DNA from: an uncultured Campylobacter sp.
GTDB taxonomy: Bacteria; Campylobacterota; Campylobacteria; Campylobacterales; Campylobacteraceae
Direction of reading: 5' to 3'
Length of the DNA stretch: 64,000 bases
Assembly: GCA_963522285.1 (NCBI GenBank)
Contig: CAUQWV010000001.1
Coordinates: 124,317 to 188,316 of the forward strand
Part shown: one piece after another, positions 32,755 to 44,568 of the stretch
Layout: each line of letters begins with the position of its first letter
Position numbering within the stretch: position 1 is the stretch's first letter
Program-made: the position numbers and the translations under genes
Notes under the pieces: model-generated
Databases searched by the model: none
What the model was told of the DNA's origin: nothing
The model's input: the letters and a program-made list of their open reading frames with translations, nothing else

Positions 32755-34104
32755 ATGAATGATAAATTTAGCAAAATCGGCTTCATTCTCGCAGTCGCAG
32801 GCAGTGCCGTAGGGCTCGGCAACGCGTGGAAATTCCCCACTTTAGTAGGCACCAACGGTGGCAGCGCCTTTATCTTGCTATATCTTTTGCTGACGCTTTT
32901 GGTTAGCTTCGTGATCTTTTTAGCCGAGATCGTCATCGGCAGGCTAAGCGAAAGCGATCCGGTGCGCGCGTTTGAAAAGCTCGCGCCCTCATACAAAGGC
33001 GCATGGAAATACGCGGGATTTTTTATGATTAGTGCGCTTTTGATCTATGCTTTTTACAGCGTCGTAATGGGCTGGATCCTAAAATACGTGGTCTCAAGCG
33101 CTTTTTATCTGCCAAAAAGTATAGATGAAAGCGGTGCAGCGTTTAACGCACTTTTAGGCAGCGACTTTTTAAGCGTAGCGGTGTGCTTTACCATAGCGTC
33201 GGCGTTTTGCTTTTTCATCGTATCTAAGGGCGTCAAAAGCGGCATCGAGCGGCTTAATGTCTGGATGATGCCTGCGCTATTTATTTTGCTGGTTTTAATG
33301 CTAATTTACGCCGCGAGTTTCGATGGATTCGGACGTAGCGCAAAATTCTTGCTAGTGCCAGATTTTTCCAAGCTTAATAAAGATAGCGTTCTTTCGGCGC
33401 TAGGACTTGCGTTTTTTACGCTCTCGCTTGGCGTTACTACGATTATGACTTATGCCGCGAGCCTGCCTGCGCGAACCAATATCCTAACCTCAAGCATAAA
33501 TATCGTCTGCATTAATGTCCTAATCGGCGTGATGATGGGACTTATCGTCTTTACCTTTATCTTTGAATTCGGCGGCGATCCCAAAGCGCAAGGTCCGGGG
33601 CTAGTGTTTGTCTCACTGGTGGTGCTTTTTTCAAAGCTCGGTGCGATCGGAAACATCCTAGCCTTTTTATTTTTCACCTCGCTATTATTTGCGGCTATTA
33701 CTTCTGCAATTTCGATGCTGGAGCCTGCGATTTATTATCTCGTAAACTCCCGCAAGCTAAGCCGAAAGCGCGCTTCACTTTTAGTTTTTGCCGTGACGTA
33801 TGTTTTAGGGATATGCTGCATTTTGGGTTATTACGGGGGCACGAGCGAGTATTTTAGCCTAGGTGGCAAGAGCTTTTTTGACGTGCTTGATTACCTGACC
33901 TCAAATATCTTAATGCCTCTTAGCGGTATAATCGTGGCGATTTTCGTAGGGTTCGTGATCAAAAAACGAGCCGTCGAAATTCTACTGCGCCCATATATGG
34001 GACGAATGGGCTTTAAGCTGTGGTATTTCGTGCTGCTGCGCTTCGTGGCGCCAGTCGCGATCGTAGTGATAGCGCTCAACCAGCTAAAAATTTTAAATTT
34101 TTAA
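32755..34104 (+). CDS. Sodium-dependent (NSS/SNF family) transporter, copy 1
   Basis: GSAVGLGNAWKFP, AFFTLSLG, GPGLVF, SAISMLE. Confidence 0.92.
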   Translation: MNDKFSKIGFILAVAGSAVGLGNAWKFPTLVGTNGGSAFILLYLLLTLLVSFVIFLAEIVIGRLSESDPVRAFEKLAPSYKGAWKYAGFFMISALLIYAFYSVVMGWILKYVVSSAFYLPKSIDESGAAFNALLGSDFLSVAVCFTIASAFCFFIVSKGVKSGIERLNVWMMPALFILLVLMLIYAASFDGFGRSAKFLLVPDFSKLNKDSVLSALGLAFFTLSLGVTTIMTYAASLPARTNILTSSINIVCINVLIGVMMGLIVFTFIFEFGGDPKAQGPGLVFVSLVVLFSKLGAIGNILAFLFFTSLLFAAITSAISMLEPAIYYLVNSRKLSRKRASLLVFAVTYVLGICCILGYYGGTSEYFSLGGKSFFDVLDYLTSNILMPLSGIIVAIFVGFVIKKRAVEILLRPYMGRMGFKLWYFVLLRFVAPVAIVVIALNQLKILNF

Positions 34105-34609
34105 ATTTTGCAAAGCGGATGGATAGCATGGAAGTTAAAATTTGGCGCTAAAGTAGTCCAAAAGCAACGCGCCAAATTTCATAGCGAACTTGCCGAGATC
34201 CGTTAGCCTTGCAGCGATAGTTTAAAATTTTATGTTTAGATAGAGGAAGGTCAAAGTATGCAGCGGCAATCAGCTTTCGGCGCGACCGGGGCAACCTGCA
34301 TGGCGATCGGTGCGCGTGGCAAAGACGCCGTAGCGCAGCCGCGTCTGATTGCGCTGCGGAATTTTAAAATTCTAAACCTAAACGGTCGGTGCACAGCCGC
34401 CGCGATAGTTTATGACGCGGTCTGTGCAATCTGCCGCAGAAGTGGCGCGTAAAATTTTGTGGTGACCCGCGCGACATCGCGCTTGGAATTTTAAAATTTA
34501 GCGCTAAGGCGATCCAAAAGTAGCGAGCCAAATTTCATAGCGAGATGCGGCGATAGTTTGGAATTTTAAAATTCCGTAGCTTTAAAATTTAAAAATCATC
34601 GGAGAGAAA

Positions 34610-35953
34610 ATGAACGATAAATTTAGCAAAATCGGCTTCATACTTGCCGTCGCAGGCGGGGCGGTGGGGCTTGGCAACGCATGGAAATTTCCCACCCTCG
34701 TGGGTCAAAACGGCGGCAGCGCCTTCGTGCTTTTATACCTCGCGCTCACGCTGGGCGTGGGCTTTAGCATATTCCTAGCCGAGATGGCGCTGGGCAGGCT
34801 AAGCGGGAGGGATCTGCCGAGCGCGTACGAGACGCTTGCGCCGCGCGGCGGACGCAAATGGCGCACCGGAGGCGTCTTCATCGCGGGCGGCATGCTGGTA
34901 CTGTCCTTTTACCTCGTGATCCTCGGCTGGGTGATCCGCTACATATTTTTGGGCTTTTCTCCGCTGCCCGCAACCGCTGAGGAAGCGGGCGCCGTGTTTG
35001 ACGATCTCATCTCGCATTCGCTAGCCACGAGCCTAGGCTTTTACGCGCTTGCGCTCGTGCTGACGCTTTCCGTCGTCGCGCGCGGCATCAAAAGCGGTAT
35101 CGAGCGGCTAAACGTCGTGATGATGCCTCTGCTTTTCGTGCTGCTGCTCGCGATGCTTGCGTATGCGTGCACGATGCAGGGCTTCGGCGCGGCGGCGAAA
35201 TTTCTTTTCTACCCAGACTTCGGCAAAATCACCGTTAGCTCCGTCCTCTCCGCACTCGGGCTCGCGCTCTTTACCCTGTGCGTGGGCGTCGGCTGTATCG
35301 CGGCATACGCGGCATCGCTTAGCGAGGGGGTGCGGCTCGTGCGAAGCTCGGTAAACATCGTATTTATCAACATCGCGATCGGGCTGATGATGGGGCTCAT
35401 CGTCTTTACTTTCATCTTCGAATTCCGCGCCGATCCCGCGCAGGGTGCGGGGCTCGTATTCGTCTCGCTCACTACGATGTTTGCAAAAATGGGGCTAGCA
35501 GGGCAGGTGCTTGAAGTCGCGTTTTTCGTCTCGCTCTTTTTCGCGGGGATCACGAGCGCGGTTTCGATGATCGAGCCCTTCGTCTTCTATCTCATCGGCA
35601 GGTTTAAAATTTCGCGCCTGCGCGCAGTCTGCATATCTGGGCTTGTCATAGCGGCGCTAGGCGCATGCTCGCTGCTATCGATGCACGCGGATTATGCGAG
35701 CAGGTTTAAGCTTTTCGGCGCGAGCTTTTTTGACTGCTTGGACTTCGTAAGCTCAAACGTCATGCTACCTCTGGGCGCGCTAACCTCGGCGATCTTTGTT
35801 GGCTTTGTGATGGATGCGCAGCGCCTGCGCGGGCTTTTTGGCGTCGATATGGGCGAGCTTGGATTTAAAATTTGGTACTTTTCGCTGCGCTTCGTAGCGC
35901 CCGTCGCGATCGTGATCATAATGGCAAATCTGCTGTTTTTCAGCGGGAAATAA
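34610..35953 (+). CDS. Sodium-dependent (NSS/SNF family) transporter, copy 2
   Basis: GGAVGLGNAWKFP; N-terminus nearly identical to copy 1. Confidence 0.92.
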   Translation: MNDKFSKIGFILAVAGGAVGLGNAWKFPTLVGQNGGSAFVLLYLALTLGVGFSIFLAEMALGRLSGRDLPSAYETLAPRGGRKWRTGGVFIAGGMLVLSFYLVILGWVIRYIFLGFSPLPATAEEAGAVFDDLISHSLATSLGFYALALVLTLSVVARGIKSGIERLNVVMMPLLFVLLLAMLAYACTMQGFGAAAKFLFYPDFGKITVSSVLSALGLALFTLCVGVGCIAAYAASLSEGVRLVRSSVNIVFINIAIGLMMGLIVFTFIFEFRADPAQGAGLVFVSLTTMFAKMGLAGQVLEVAFFVSLFFAGITSAVSMIEPFVFYLIGRFKISRLRAVCISGLVIAALGACSLLSMHADYASRFKLFGASFFDCLDFVSSNVMLPLGALTSAIFVGFVMDAQRLRGLFGVDMGELGFKIWYFSLRFVAPVAIVIIMANLLFFSGK

Positions 35954-36924
35954 AAGCGAACGGAATAGATAGGAGCGAGCAAAATTTCGCGCGATAAATC
36001 GCGCGGCAGATTTGCGCGGCGAAGCGGCACGCGGGGATCGCGAATTTGCGACGTCTAAACTCGGCTCAATCGCGTACTGCGATCCGCGAAGCGCCCGAGC
36101 AAAGGGCTTTGCGTAATGAAATTTCATGCGGTAAATCTTGCGCAGTAAAATTAAAGCGTAAAATTTTACGCCTCGTTTCGTAACGAAAAGAGCCCAAATG
36201 CGCCCGAATTTAAAATTTACGCGTTGAAATTTCACAATCCGTGCGGCAAAGTCTAAAAGCATTAAAATTTTACTACCCGCCAGCATAGCGAGCGCCGAAA
36301 TGTACCTCACAAATAAAATTTAGCAACAAAGGCAGAAAGCGATTTGATCGGTCCGAGCCGTTAAATTTTACTCAAAACGCCGTCCGTATGTCTCGGGCAT
36401 GGCTGGCTTGCGGATCGCCGCAGCAAAGTAGATAAAAAAGCGGCTTGAGCTTTCACAAAACGTATCGATGGAAAATTAAAATTTTGTGTGCGGGCGGCGC
36501 ATAAATTTAATAGGCACCTTAAATTTGCGCGCAAATACGCTTAATCCATAGCGCGGCTGCGATCGGCTGCGGCGTCCGTCGTAAAACGAAAAGTCTAAGC
36601 GCGTTTTTCATACCAAACCAGCATAAGTTATTTTTGGTGCAAGAGCATAGCCGTCCATTCTCCTACCGCGGCAGAGAAAAGCAATATAGCGCATTGAGTG
36701 ATAACAGAATAAATTTAAGCGGGCGTATTTTGCGCCGCAGTACCACAAAAAAAACGCATGCGCTCTGCACGCAACTCCTACCTGGCGTAGCAAAACAGAA
36801 TATGTACCCGTAAAAGGGCGGTCAAAATTCTCGCGTCCGTAGCGCGAAATTTAAACCGACAAGCATGCGGCGCAAAGTAGCCGCCGCGGGGGCGCTTGTA
36901 GCAAGACGCCTGCTCGGAAGCGTC

Positions 36925-36948
36925 GCGACGAGTTGCGACACTCGTCGC
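36925..36948. terminator. Stem-loop downstream of rho, possible terminator
   Basis: GCGACGAGT-tgcgac-ACTCGTCGC perfect 9-bp stem; no clear U-tract. Confidence 0.4.
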
Positions 36949-36992
36949 CTGCAAATTTAAAACGAGCGGGCGAGCAGCAAATTTAATAGAAT

Positions 36993-38339
36993 TTAGCCGT
37001 TCATTATCGATAGCAGTTCGGTGTTGTCTTTGGTTTTTAGCATCTTGGCGTATAAAAATTTCAGCGCCTCGACGTCGTCCATCGTCGAGATCGCCGAGCG
37101 CAACGCCCAGATCTTTTGCAAATTTTCGCTGCCTTGCAAAAGCTCCTCTTTGCGCGTGCCGGACTTGGTAATGTTGATCGCGGGGTAAATTCTACGGTCC
37201 GAGATGTTACGATCGAGGATGATCTCGCTGTTGCCCGTGCCTTTGAACTCCTCGAAGATTACGTCGTCCATACGCGAGCCGGTCTCGATGAGCGCGGTAG
37301 CGACGATGGTGAGCGAGCCGCCGTTTTCGATATTTCGCGCCGCACCGAAGAAGCGCTTCGGCTTATGCAGGGCGTTTGCGTCCACGCCGCCACTTAGGAC
37401 TTTGCCGCTGCTAGGCGTGACGGTGTTGTAGGCGCGCGCAAGGCGGGTGATGCTATCAAGCAGGATGACGACGTCCTTGCCGTTTTCGACGGCGCGTTTT
37501 GCCTTTTCGATGACGAGCTCGGCTACGCGGACATGGTTGAATGCGGGCTGATCGAAGGTCGAGCTAAACACCTCGCCACGCACGCTACGCTCCATGTCGG
37601 TGACCTCTTCGGGGCGCTCGTCGACTAGAAGAACTAAAAGCTCGACCTCGGGGTGGTTGCGCGTAATGCCGTTGGCAAGCTCCTTCATAAGCTCCGTTTT
37701 ACCGCTACGCGGAGGCGCCGTGATGAGCCCGCGCTGCCCCTTGCCGATCGGCGTGAAAAGATCGAGCACGCGACCGGTAAGGCGCATAGGATCGTATTCA
37801 AGCTTGAGCTTTTCGGTCGGGAAAAGCGGCGTGAGATTGTCAAATAGCGGGCGCTCTCTGGCCTCTTGAATCGATTTGTAATTGATCGCCTCGATCTTTA
37901 AGAGCGCGTAGTACTTCTCCTGATCCTTCGGCTCGCGCACCTGACCCGTGACGATATCGCCGACGCGCAGGGCAAATTTGCGGATCTGGCTGAGGCTCAC
38001 GTAGGCGTCATTAGCGCTGTCGCTTAAATTTGAATCTATACCGCGCAAAAAGCCGTAACCCTCGGCGGTAACCTCCAAAATCCCCGTAAAAAGTATGAAG
38101 CCGCCCTGCTTCGTCTGCATGCGTAAAATTTCAAAAACGAGCGCCTGGCGGCGGAATTCGCGTGGGTTCTCGACGCCTAGCTCGTCTGCTATGGCGATGA
38201 GATTTTCAAGATCCATCGAGCGGAGCTCCTCGATCTGGTAGCCCTCGACGGGAACGTGCGTTTTAGCGTAAGTTTTTCTGCCGTTTTGATTAGAATTTGA
38301 AACGGCGGTCTGAGCGGAATTTTGATTTGTATTTTCCAT
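36993..38339 (-). CDS. rho: Transcription termination factor Rho
   Basis: [45 protein letters not shown]. Confidence 0.98.
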   Translation of the reverse strand: MENTNQNSAQTAVSNSNQNGRKTYAKTHVPVEGYQIEELRSMDLENLIAIADELGVENPREFRRQALVFEILRMQTKQGGFILFTGILEVTAEGYGFLRGIDSNLSDSANDAYVSLSQIRKFALRVGDIVTGQVREPKDQEKYYALLKIEAINYKSIQEARERPLFDNLTPLFPTEKLKLEYDPMRLTGRVLDLFTPIGKGQRGLITAPPRSGKTELMKELANGITRNHPEVELLVLLVDERPEEVTDMERSVRGEVFSSTFDQPAFNHVRVAELVIEKAKRAVENGKDVVILLDSITRLARAYNTVTPSSGKVLSGGVDANALHKPKRFFGAARNIENGGSLTIVATALIETGSRMDDVIFEEFKGTGNSEIILDRNISDRRIYPAINITKSGTRKEELLQGSENLQKIWALRSAISTMDDVEALKFLYAKMLKTKDNTELLSIMNG

Positions 38340-38400
38340 TTGTCCTCTTAGAGTGTGAAGTTATTAAATTTGGTTTTAAAAAAGTCGCGAAATTTAAAAT

Positions 38401-39339
38401 TTAGTTCTCTTTATAAGCACCGAACCTTAAAATTTTTTGTTGTCTTCTGCTGATGAGCTCATCTATGCTAAGATCGTCTAGCTTGTGCAACTCGGTTAAG
38501 ACGTAGTTTCCAAGCGCTTTTATCGCGCCGTCTTTATCTCTGTGGGCGCCCGTTTTAGGCTCTTTGATCACGTCATCGATCAAGCCCAGCTCTTTTAGCT
38601 CCTCGGCGGTGATCTTTAGCGCTTTCGTAGCGGCCTCGCTCTTGCTTGGATCGTTCCACAAAATCGCAGCACAGCCCTCTGGAGAGATAACCGAAAAAAT
38701 TGAGTTTTGAAGCATCGCCAACCGATCAGCCACGCCGATAGCCAAAGCTCCACCGCTGCCGCCCTCGCCTATAACTACGGCAATCGTAGGAGTTTTAATA
38801 TCGCTAAGCTCATATAAATTTCGCGCGATTGCTTCGCTTTGACCGCGTTCCTCCGCACCAAGTCCCGGATATGCGCCCGGAGTGTCGATCAAAAATAGAA
38901 TCGGAAGGTTAAATTTCTCGGCAAGTTTCGCTACGCGCAGAGCCTTGCGATAGCCCTCCGGATGGGGCATACCGAAATTTCGCTTCAGCTTGTTTTTAGT
39001 ACCGCGACCCTTCTGCTCGGCGATCACGGCAATTTTGCGGTTACCCATAATGCCCAAATAGCACACGATCGAAGGATCATCTCTAAAGGCGCGATCGCCG
39101 TGAAGCTCCCTGGCGTCTTGCAAAAGCGCACGAATATAATCGATCGCGTAAGGGCGATCCGGATGACGCGCAAGCTGAAGTCTTTGGTATTCGTTTAAAT
39201 TCTTATAAACTTTGGAAATTTCTTTTTCGAGGTTCTTATTTAAAATTTCGACTGCGTCCTCATCGCCGCGAATTTTTGCAGCGGTAATGTCCTCGTCGAT
39301 CTGCTTTATAGACTTTTCGAAGTCCAGATAGCTCGCCAT
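38401..39339 (-). CDS. accA: Acetyl-CoA carboxylase carboxyltransferase alpha
   Basis: [39 protein letters not shown]. Confidence 0.97.
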   Translation of the reverse strand: MASYLDFEKSIKQIDEDITAAKIRGDEDAVEILNKNLEKEISKVYKNLNEYQRLQLARHPDRPYAIDYIRALLQDARELHGDRAFRDDPSIVCYLGIMGNRKIAVIAEQKGRGTKNKLKRNFGMPHPEGYRKALRVAKLAEKFNLPILFLIDTPGAYPGLGAEERGQSEAIARNLYELSDIKTPTIAVVIGEGGSGGALAIGVADRLAMLQNSIFSVISPEGCAAILWNDPSKSEAATKALKITAEELKELGLIDDVIKEPKTGAHRDKDGAIKALGNYVLTELHKLDDLSIDELISRRQQKILRFGAYKEN

Positions 39340-40556
39340 TAATCTACTCTTTTGAAAATAAGCGACGCGTTTGTGCCGCCAAATCCGAAATTATTGCTCA
39401 TAACGCAATCGAGTTTGGCCTTCCTAGCGACGTTTGGCACATAATCCAAATCGCAATCTGGATCTTTTGAAATTTGATTTATCGTAGGCGGTATGATGCC
39501 GTTTTGCATCGCCAAAAGGCTGATCGCAGCCTCTACCGCTCCGGCAGCGCCTAGGCAATGTCCCAGCTGGCCCTTAGTGGAGCTGACCGCAGGTACTTTG
39601 TCCTCGCCGAAAAGCTCTTTTAACGCTGCGGTTTCGTTTTTATCGTTTATCGCAGTGGACGTTCCGTGGGCGTTGATATAATCAATCTTCGGGCGTCCTG
39701 CCATCTCGTAGGCCTTTTTCATAGCGCGAATCGGACCGTCTAGGCTAGGTGAAGTGATATGATAAGCATCGCCGCTAGCGCCGAATCCTACGAGCTCGCC
39801 GTAAATTTTAGCACCGCGCGCTTTTGCGTCTTCTAGCTCTTCTAAAACTAAAGCCGCCGCGCCTTCGCCCATAACAAAGCCATTTCGCTCCGCATCAAAC
39901 GGACGTGAAGCGTGTGCAGGATCGTCATTTCTAGCACAAAGCGCCTTCATCGCAGCAAATCCGCCGATACCTACGGGACAAACCGCAGCCTCGGCACCCA
40001 CTGCAAGCATCTTTTTCGCTTCGCCAATCATGATAACTCTCGCAGCGTCCATAATCGCATGCGCGGAAGCCGCACAAGCCGTAACGCTGGATAAATTCGG
40101 ACCTTTTAATTTATAATATATTGAAACAAAGCCGCCGAGCATATTTACTAACGCAGAAGGGATAAAAAACGGAGAAATTCGCCTAGGGCCGCGCTGCAAG
40201 CAGGTATTGGCATTTATCTCGATATTCGGTAAACCGCCGATACCGCTAGCGGAGCTAACGCCGAATTCGTCGCTATCAAAGCTACTAAATTTAGCGTCAT
40301 CCATAGCTTCGCCCGCAGCTTTAAGCCCCAGTTGGATAAATCTATCCATCTTTTTTATCTCTTTTCCATCCTCGATTATGCTAGAAGGATCGAAACCTTT
40401 TACTTCAGCTGCAATTTGAACCGGGAATTCGCTAGCGTCAAAGAGCGAAATTTTATCAACCCCGGTTTTTCCGTTACAGATATTTTCAAAACTGCTCTGT
40501 TTGTCAAGCCCGAGAGAGGTTATCATCCCGATGCCCGTTACTACGACTCGTTTCAA
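39339..40556 (-). CDS. fabF: 3-oxoacyl-ACP synthase II
   Basis: [39 protein letters not shown]. Confidence 0.97.
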   Translation of the reverse strand: MKRVVVTGIGMITSLGLDKQSSFENICNGKTGVDKISLFDASEFPVQIAAEVKGFDPSSIIEDGKEIKKMDRFIQLGLKAAGEAMDDAKFSSFDSDEFGVSSASGIGGLPNIEINANTCLQRGPRRISPFFIPSALVNMLGGFVSIYYKLKGPNLSSVTACAASAHAIMDAARVIMIGEAKKMLAVGAEAAVCPVGIGGFAAMKALCARNDDPAHASRPFDAERNGFVMGEGAAALVLEELEDAKARGAKIYGELVGFGASGDAYHITSPSLDGPIRAMKKAYEMAGRPKIDYINAHGTSTAINDKNETAALKELFGEDKVPAVSSTKGQLGHCLGAAGAVEAAISLLAMQNGIIPPTINQISKDPDCDLDYVPNVARKAKLDCVMSNNFGFGGTNASLIFKRVD

Positions 40557-40574
40557 AACCGCTTCCTTAAAATT

Positions 40575-40811
40575 TTATTTCTTAGGCAAATTTTCTATAT
40601 AATCTACCACGTCTTTAATGCTTACTAATTTTTCGGACTCGCTATCAGGGATCTCGATACCGAATTTCTCCTCTAAAGCCATTACTAGCTCAACTACGTC
40701 AAGAGAGTCCGCGCCCAAATCCTCGATAATTTTAGAGTCAAGTTTAACCTGATCCGGGCTAACGCTTAGTTGTTCTACAACTACGTCTCTTACATCTTCA
40801 AATACTGCCAT
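40575..40811 (-). CDS. acpP: Acyl carrier protein
   Basis: [20 protein letters not shown]. Confidence 0.98.
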   Translation of the reverse strand: MAVFEDVRDVVVEQLSVSPDQVKLDSKIIEDLGADSLDVVELVMALEEKFGIEIPDSESEKLVSIKDVVDYIENLPKK

Positions 40812-40879
40812 TTTAGCACTCCTTTAAAAAAATACCGCGTAATTCTATAATATTTAACCTTAAATTCCGCTATTTAACG

Positions 40880-41623
40880 CTACATATAGAGCCCGCCGTT
40901 GATTTTAAGCGTCTCGCCTGTAATGTAGCCCGCGCCGTCGCTAAGTAAAAACGCAACTCCTTCGGCGACGTCGCTCGTGCTTCCGAGGCGCTTAAGCGGG
41001 ATGCTCGCTTCGTAGCTTGCTTTTACGTCGTCGCTTAGCGCATCCGTCATATCAGTAGCGATGAAGCCCGGAGTTATGCAGTTGAAGCGGATGCCGCGCG
41101 CTGCGCCCTCCTTTGCAAAGCTCTTGCTCATCGCGATCATTCCGCCCTTGCTCGCGCTGTAATTGACCTGCCCCGCGTTTCCCATTTCGCCGACGATCGA
41201 GGCGATGTTTACGACCGCGCCGAAGCGCTTTTTGCTCATTAGCTTTAAAGCTTCGCGGCAGCCGATGAAGGCGCTGCTTAAATTTGCTTCGATCACGCTC
41301 GTGAAGTCTTCCAGCTTCATCCTAAGCGCGAGCTTGTCGTTTGTGACGCCCGCGTTATTTACGAGATAGCTTAGCTCGCCGTCGCTTTGCGCGATCAGGG
41401 CAATCGCCTCGCTAAATTCCGCCTCGTTCGTCGCGTCAAATTTTATCACCGCGCCCTCTCCGCCGTTTGCGCGGATCTCCTCTAGCAGCGCGTCGGCTAT
41501 CTCGGGCTTTGAACGATAATTGATCCACACCTTAAGCCCATAGCCAGCCAAAGTCCTTGCGATCTGCGCGCCGATACCGCGGCTTGCGCCCGTGATTAAA
41601 ACGTTTTTTCCACTAAATTTCAT
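40880..41623 (-). CDS. fabG: 3-oxoacyl-ACP reductase
   Basis: TGASRGIG, NNAG, YSASK, PGFIATDMT. Confidence 0.96.
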   Translation of the reverse strand: MKFSGKNVLITGASRGIGAQIARTLAGYGLKVWINYRSKPEIADALLEEIRANGGEGAVIKFDATNEAEFSEAIALIAQSDGELSYLVNNAGVTNDKLALRMKLEDFTSVIEANLSSAFIGCREALKLMSKKRFGAVVNIASIVGEMGNAGQVNYSASKGGMIAMSKSFAKEGAARGIRFNCITPGFIATDMTDALSDDVKASYEASIPLKRLGSTSDVAEGVAFLLSDGAGYITGETLKINGGLYM

Positions 41624-41724
41624 ACTTGTCCTTTTATTAAAATTTTAATATCTAGCGTAAATTTATCCAAATTTACCTAAATTTTAGCAGTTTAAATTTG
41701 CTCGCGAGCTGCGCCGTTTAAATT

Positions 41725-43191
41725 TCAAAATAGCGCCTCGTCCATCTCCGCGGGCTTCGATAGCCCCATTAGCTTTAGCACGGTCGCTGCGACGTTGCTA
41801 AGCCCAAGTCCGCTCTTTAGTTCACGCACGCCGCGTCCCAGCACGAAGCAAAATACGTCAAAGGTCGTGTGGTTGGTCAAAATTTCGCCGCCCTCGTCTC
41901 GCATCGCCTCGCAGTTGCCGTGGTCGCTGATCTGGACGTAGGCGTAATCATGCATCTTCGCCGCGTTTAAAATTTTACCGATGCACTCATCCACCGCCTC
42001 GACCGCCTTTACCGCGGCGTCGTAGTTGCCCGTATGACCGACCATATCGCCGTTTGCGAAATTTACGACGATAAAATCGATCCCCGCTTCGATGCCGCGG
42101 ATCACCGCATCGCACACCGCAGGCGCGCTCATCTGCGGCTGCTCGTCGTAGGTTTTTACTTTAGGACTTGGTATCAGCACGCGAGTTTCGTTCGGCAGTG
42201 GCTCCTCGACGCCGCCGTTAAAGAAAAACGTCACGTGGGCGTATTTTTCGGTCTCGGCGGTGTGAAGCTGCGTAAGACCGGCTTCCGCGATCACTTCGCA
42301 AAGCGTGTTTTTAAGCACGGGCTTCTCAAATAGCAGTGGAAATTTAAAGCTCGCGTCGTATTCGCTCATCGTGATTAAATTTTGCACGACGAATTTTCGC
42401 TCAAATTCGCTAAAGCTCTCATCGCCCAAAGCCGCGCAAAGCTCTCTAGCGCGATCGTTTCTAAAATTTATAAAAATCACTCCGTCATCCGCGCCGATAC
42501 CGCTAAAGCCGTTAAAGCTCGCAGGCTCGATAAATTCGTCGCTCACGCCGTGCTCGTAGCTTTGCAGTATGTACTCGCTAGGCGAAATTTCAAGCGGAGC
42601 CGCTTCGCCCATGAGCACGTCGTAAGAACGCTTCACGCGATCAAAACGCTTGTCGCGATCCATCGCGTAAAAGCGCCCGCACACGCTCGCAACTTTAAAT
42701 TTAGCCTGTAAATGCTTTAAAAATTCCGCTCCGCTGCTCGGCGAAACATCGCGTCCGTCGGTGATAGCGTGCGCCCATGTCTCGCAACCAGCATTCTGCG
42801 CTATCTCACAGATCGCGTCGAAATGGCGTAGATGCGAATGCACGCCGCCGTCGCTGTAAAGCCCTATGACGTGCACTCTGCGGCACTTTGAAAGCAGGCT
42901 TTGCAGCGCTTCGTTTTTCTCAAGCGAGCCCTCATCGATCGCGCGATCGATTTTGACTAGGTTTTGATACAAAATTCTACCGCTTCCGATCGTCATATGC
43001 CCTACTTCGCTGTTTCCCATCTGCCCCTGCGGCAAACCCACGGCAAGCCCAGAGGTGCGCAGCAGCGTATTGGGCGCGTTTTTAAAAAGATAATCATAGG
43101 CGGGCTTTTTCGCGTTTGCAAACGCGTTAAATTTATCGCTAGCGTTAAAGCCGATGCCGTCGGTGATAAGTAAAATCGTCTTTTGCCCCAT
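41725..43191 (-). CDS. gpmI: 2,3-bisphosphoglycerate-independent phosphoglycerate mutase
   Basis: GQMGNSEVGH, SDGGVHSH, AETEKYAHVTFF, NGDMVGHTG. Confidence 0.97.
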   Translation of the reverse strand: MGQKTILLITDGIGFNASDKFNAFANAKKPAYDYLFKNAPNTLLRTSGLAVGLPQGQMGNSEVGHMTIGSGRILYQNLVKIDRAIDEGSLEKNEALQSLLSKCRRVHVIGLYSDGGVHSHLRHFDAICEIAQNAGCETWAHAITDGRDVSPSSGAEFLKHLQAKFKVASVCGRFYAMDRDKRFDRVKRSYDVLMGEAAPLEISPSEYILQSYEHGVSDEFIEPASFNGFSGIGADDGVIFINFRNDRARELCAALGDESFSEFERKFVVQNLITMSEYDASFKFPLLFEKPVLKNTLCEVIAEAGLTQLHTAETEKYAHVTFFFNGGVEEPLPNETRVLIPSPKVKTYDEQPQMSAPAVCDAVIRGIEAGIDFIVVNFANGDMVGHTGNYDAAVKAVEAVDECIGKILNAAKMHDYAYVQISDHGNCEAMRDEGGEILTNHTTFDVFCFVLGRGVRELKSGLGLSNVAATVLKLMGLSKPAEMDEALF

Positions 43192-43389
43192 TTTGGCTCC
43201 TAAATTTCGTCTAAATTTCGCCGCACAGGCCTTTTGAAGCAGGTCTGCGGCGCTGTTTTTACGAGCGGCATTATACTTTTTTTTGGCAAATGCGGCAAAA
43301 TTTCATCCGCCCTAAAAGCTAAATTTTACCTCTTTTATACTAAAATGCGCGTTTTCGTATAAAATTTCATAAAATTTAAAAGGCAAACT

Positions 43390-44454
43390 TTGTTTTATTA
43401 TCTTTACCATCTTACGAATATAAATTTCTTCCAATACATCACCGCTCGCGCAGGAATCGCGTTTTTTATCGCTTTTTGTTTTTCGGTCTGGGCTATGCCG
43501 CGGTTTATCCGCTGGGCGCAAGCCAGACACGCCGCGCAGCCCATCTACGAGCTCGCGCCGCAAAACCATCAGAAAAAGAGCAAAACTCCAACGATGGGAG
43601 GGCTCGTTTTCGTTACCGCCGCGGTGCTCGCAAGCCTACTATGCGCCAAGCTAAACAACATCTTCGTGCTCTGCGGACTGCTTTGTTTGGTAGGCTTCGG
43701 CTACATAGGCTTTAAGGATGATATCTCTAAAATTTTAGGCCGCCAAAACCACGCAGGCCTTAGCGCGCGGGCTAAATTTGCACTGCAAAATTTCTTGGCG
43801 TTTCTGATCGGGGCGACGCTTTATGCTTTTAGCGATCTGGGCGGGGAATTTTTCGTGCCGTTTTTTAAATACCCTCTGCTAAATTTATGGATCTTCGCGC
43901 CGCTGTTTTGGACGATCGTAATAAGCGCGAGCTCAAACGCGGTAAATTTAACCGACGGCCTGGACGGACTAGCAACCATTCCGTCGGTATTTTCGCTCTG
44001 CAGCTTGGGCATATTCGCCTATCTTTGCGGGCATGCGATCTACTCGCAGTATCTCTTGCTACCGCGTGTCGCAGGCGCAGGCGAAGTCTGCATCATCGTA
44101 TCGGCGCTCATCGGCGCGCTGCTTGGGTTTTTGTGGTTTAACTGCTACCCCGCCGAAGTCTTTATGGGCGATAGCGGCAGCCTCAGCGTGGGCGCATTTT
44201 TAGGATACTGCGCGGTCATCACGAAAAATGAAATTTTGCTCATAATGATCGGTTTCGTCTTCGTCATCGAAACGCTCAGCGTGATCTTGCAAGTGGGCAG
44301 CTTTAAAATTTTCAAACGCAGAATTTTCCTGATGGCGCCGATACACCACCATTTCGAGCTTAAAGGCTGGGTCGAAAATAAAATCATCATCCGCTTTTGG
44401 ATCATCGCGCTGATCGCAAATATCATAGCGCTGACGTCGCTGAAACTGAGATAA
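43390..44454 (+). CDS. mraY: Phospho-MurNAc-pentapeptide transferase
   Basis: [35 protein letters not shown]. Confidence 0.97.
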   Translation: MFYYLYHLTNINFFQYITARAGIAFFIAFCFSVWAMPRFIRWAQARHAAQPIYELAPQNHQKKSKTPTMGGLVFVTAAVLASLLCAKLNNIFVLCGLLCLVGFGYIGFKDDISKILGRQNHAGLSARAKFALQNFLAFLIGATLYAFSDLGGEFFVPFFKYPLLNLWIFAPLFWTIVISASSNAVNLTDGLDGLATIPSVFSLCSLGIFAYLCGHAIYSQYLLLPRVAGAGEVCIIVSALIGALLGFLWFNCYPAEVFMGDSGSLSVGAFLGYCAVITKNEILLIMIGFVFVIETLSVILQVGSFKIFKRRIFLMAPIHHHFELKGWVENKIIIRFWIIALIANIIALTSLKLR

Positions 44455-44568
44455 AATGCGAGCGCAGATTGAACCTGATTTCGAAACGGCGCGCGAAAGA
44501 TACGGCGAAACGGCTGAGCTTAGCGCGGATGAGATAACTCAAATTTTATGGGGCGAAAGGGGAGAAAA

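Noticed and set aside
43219..43252. Riboswitch upstream of gpmI
   Set aside because: Only an imperfect hairpin; no recognisable aptamer consensus
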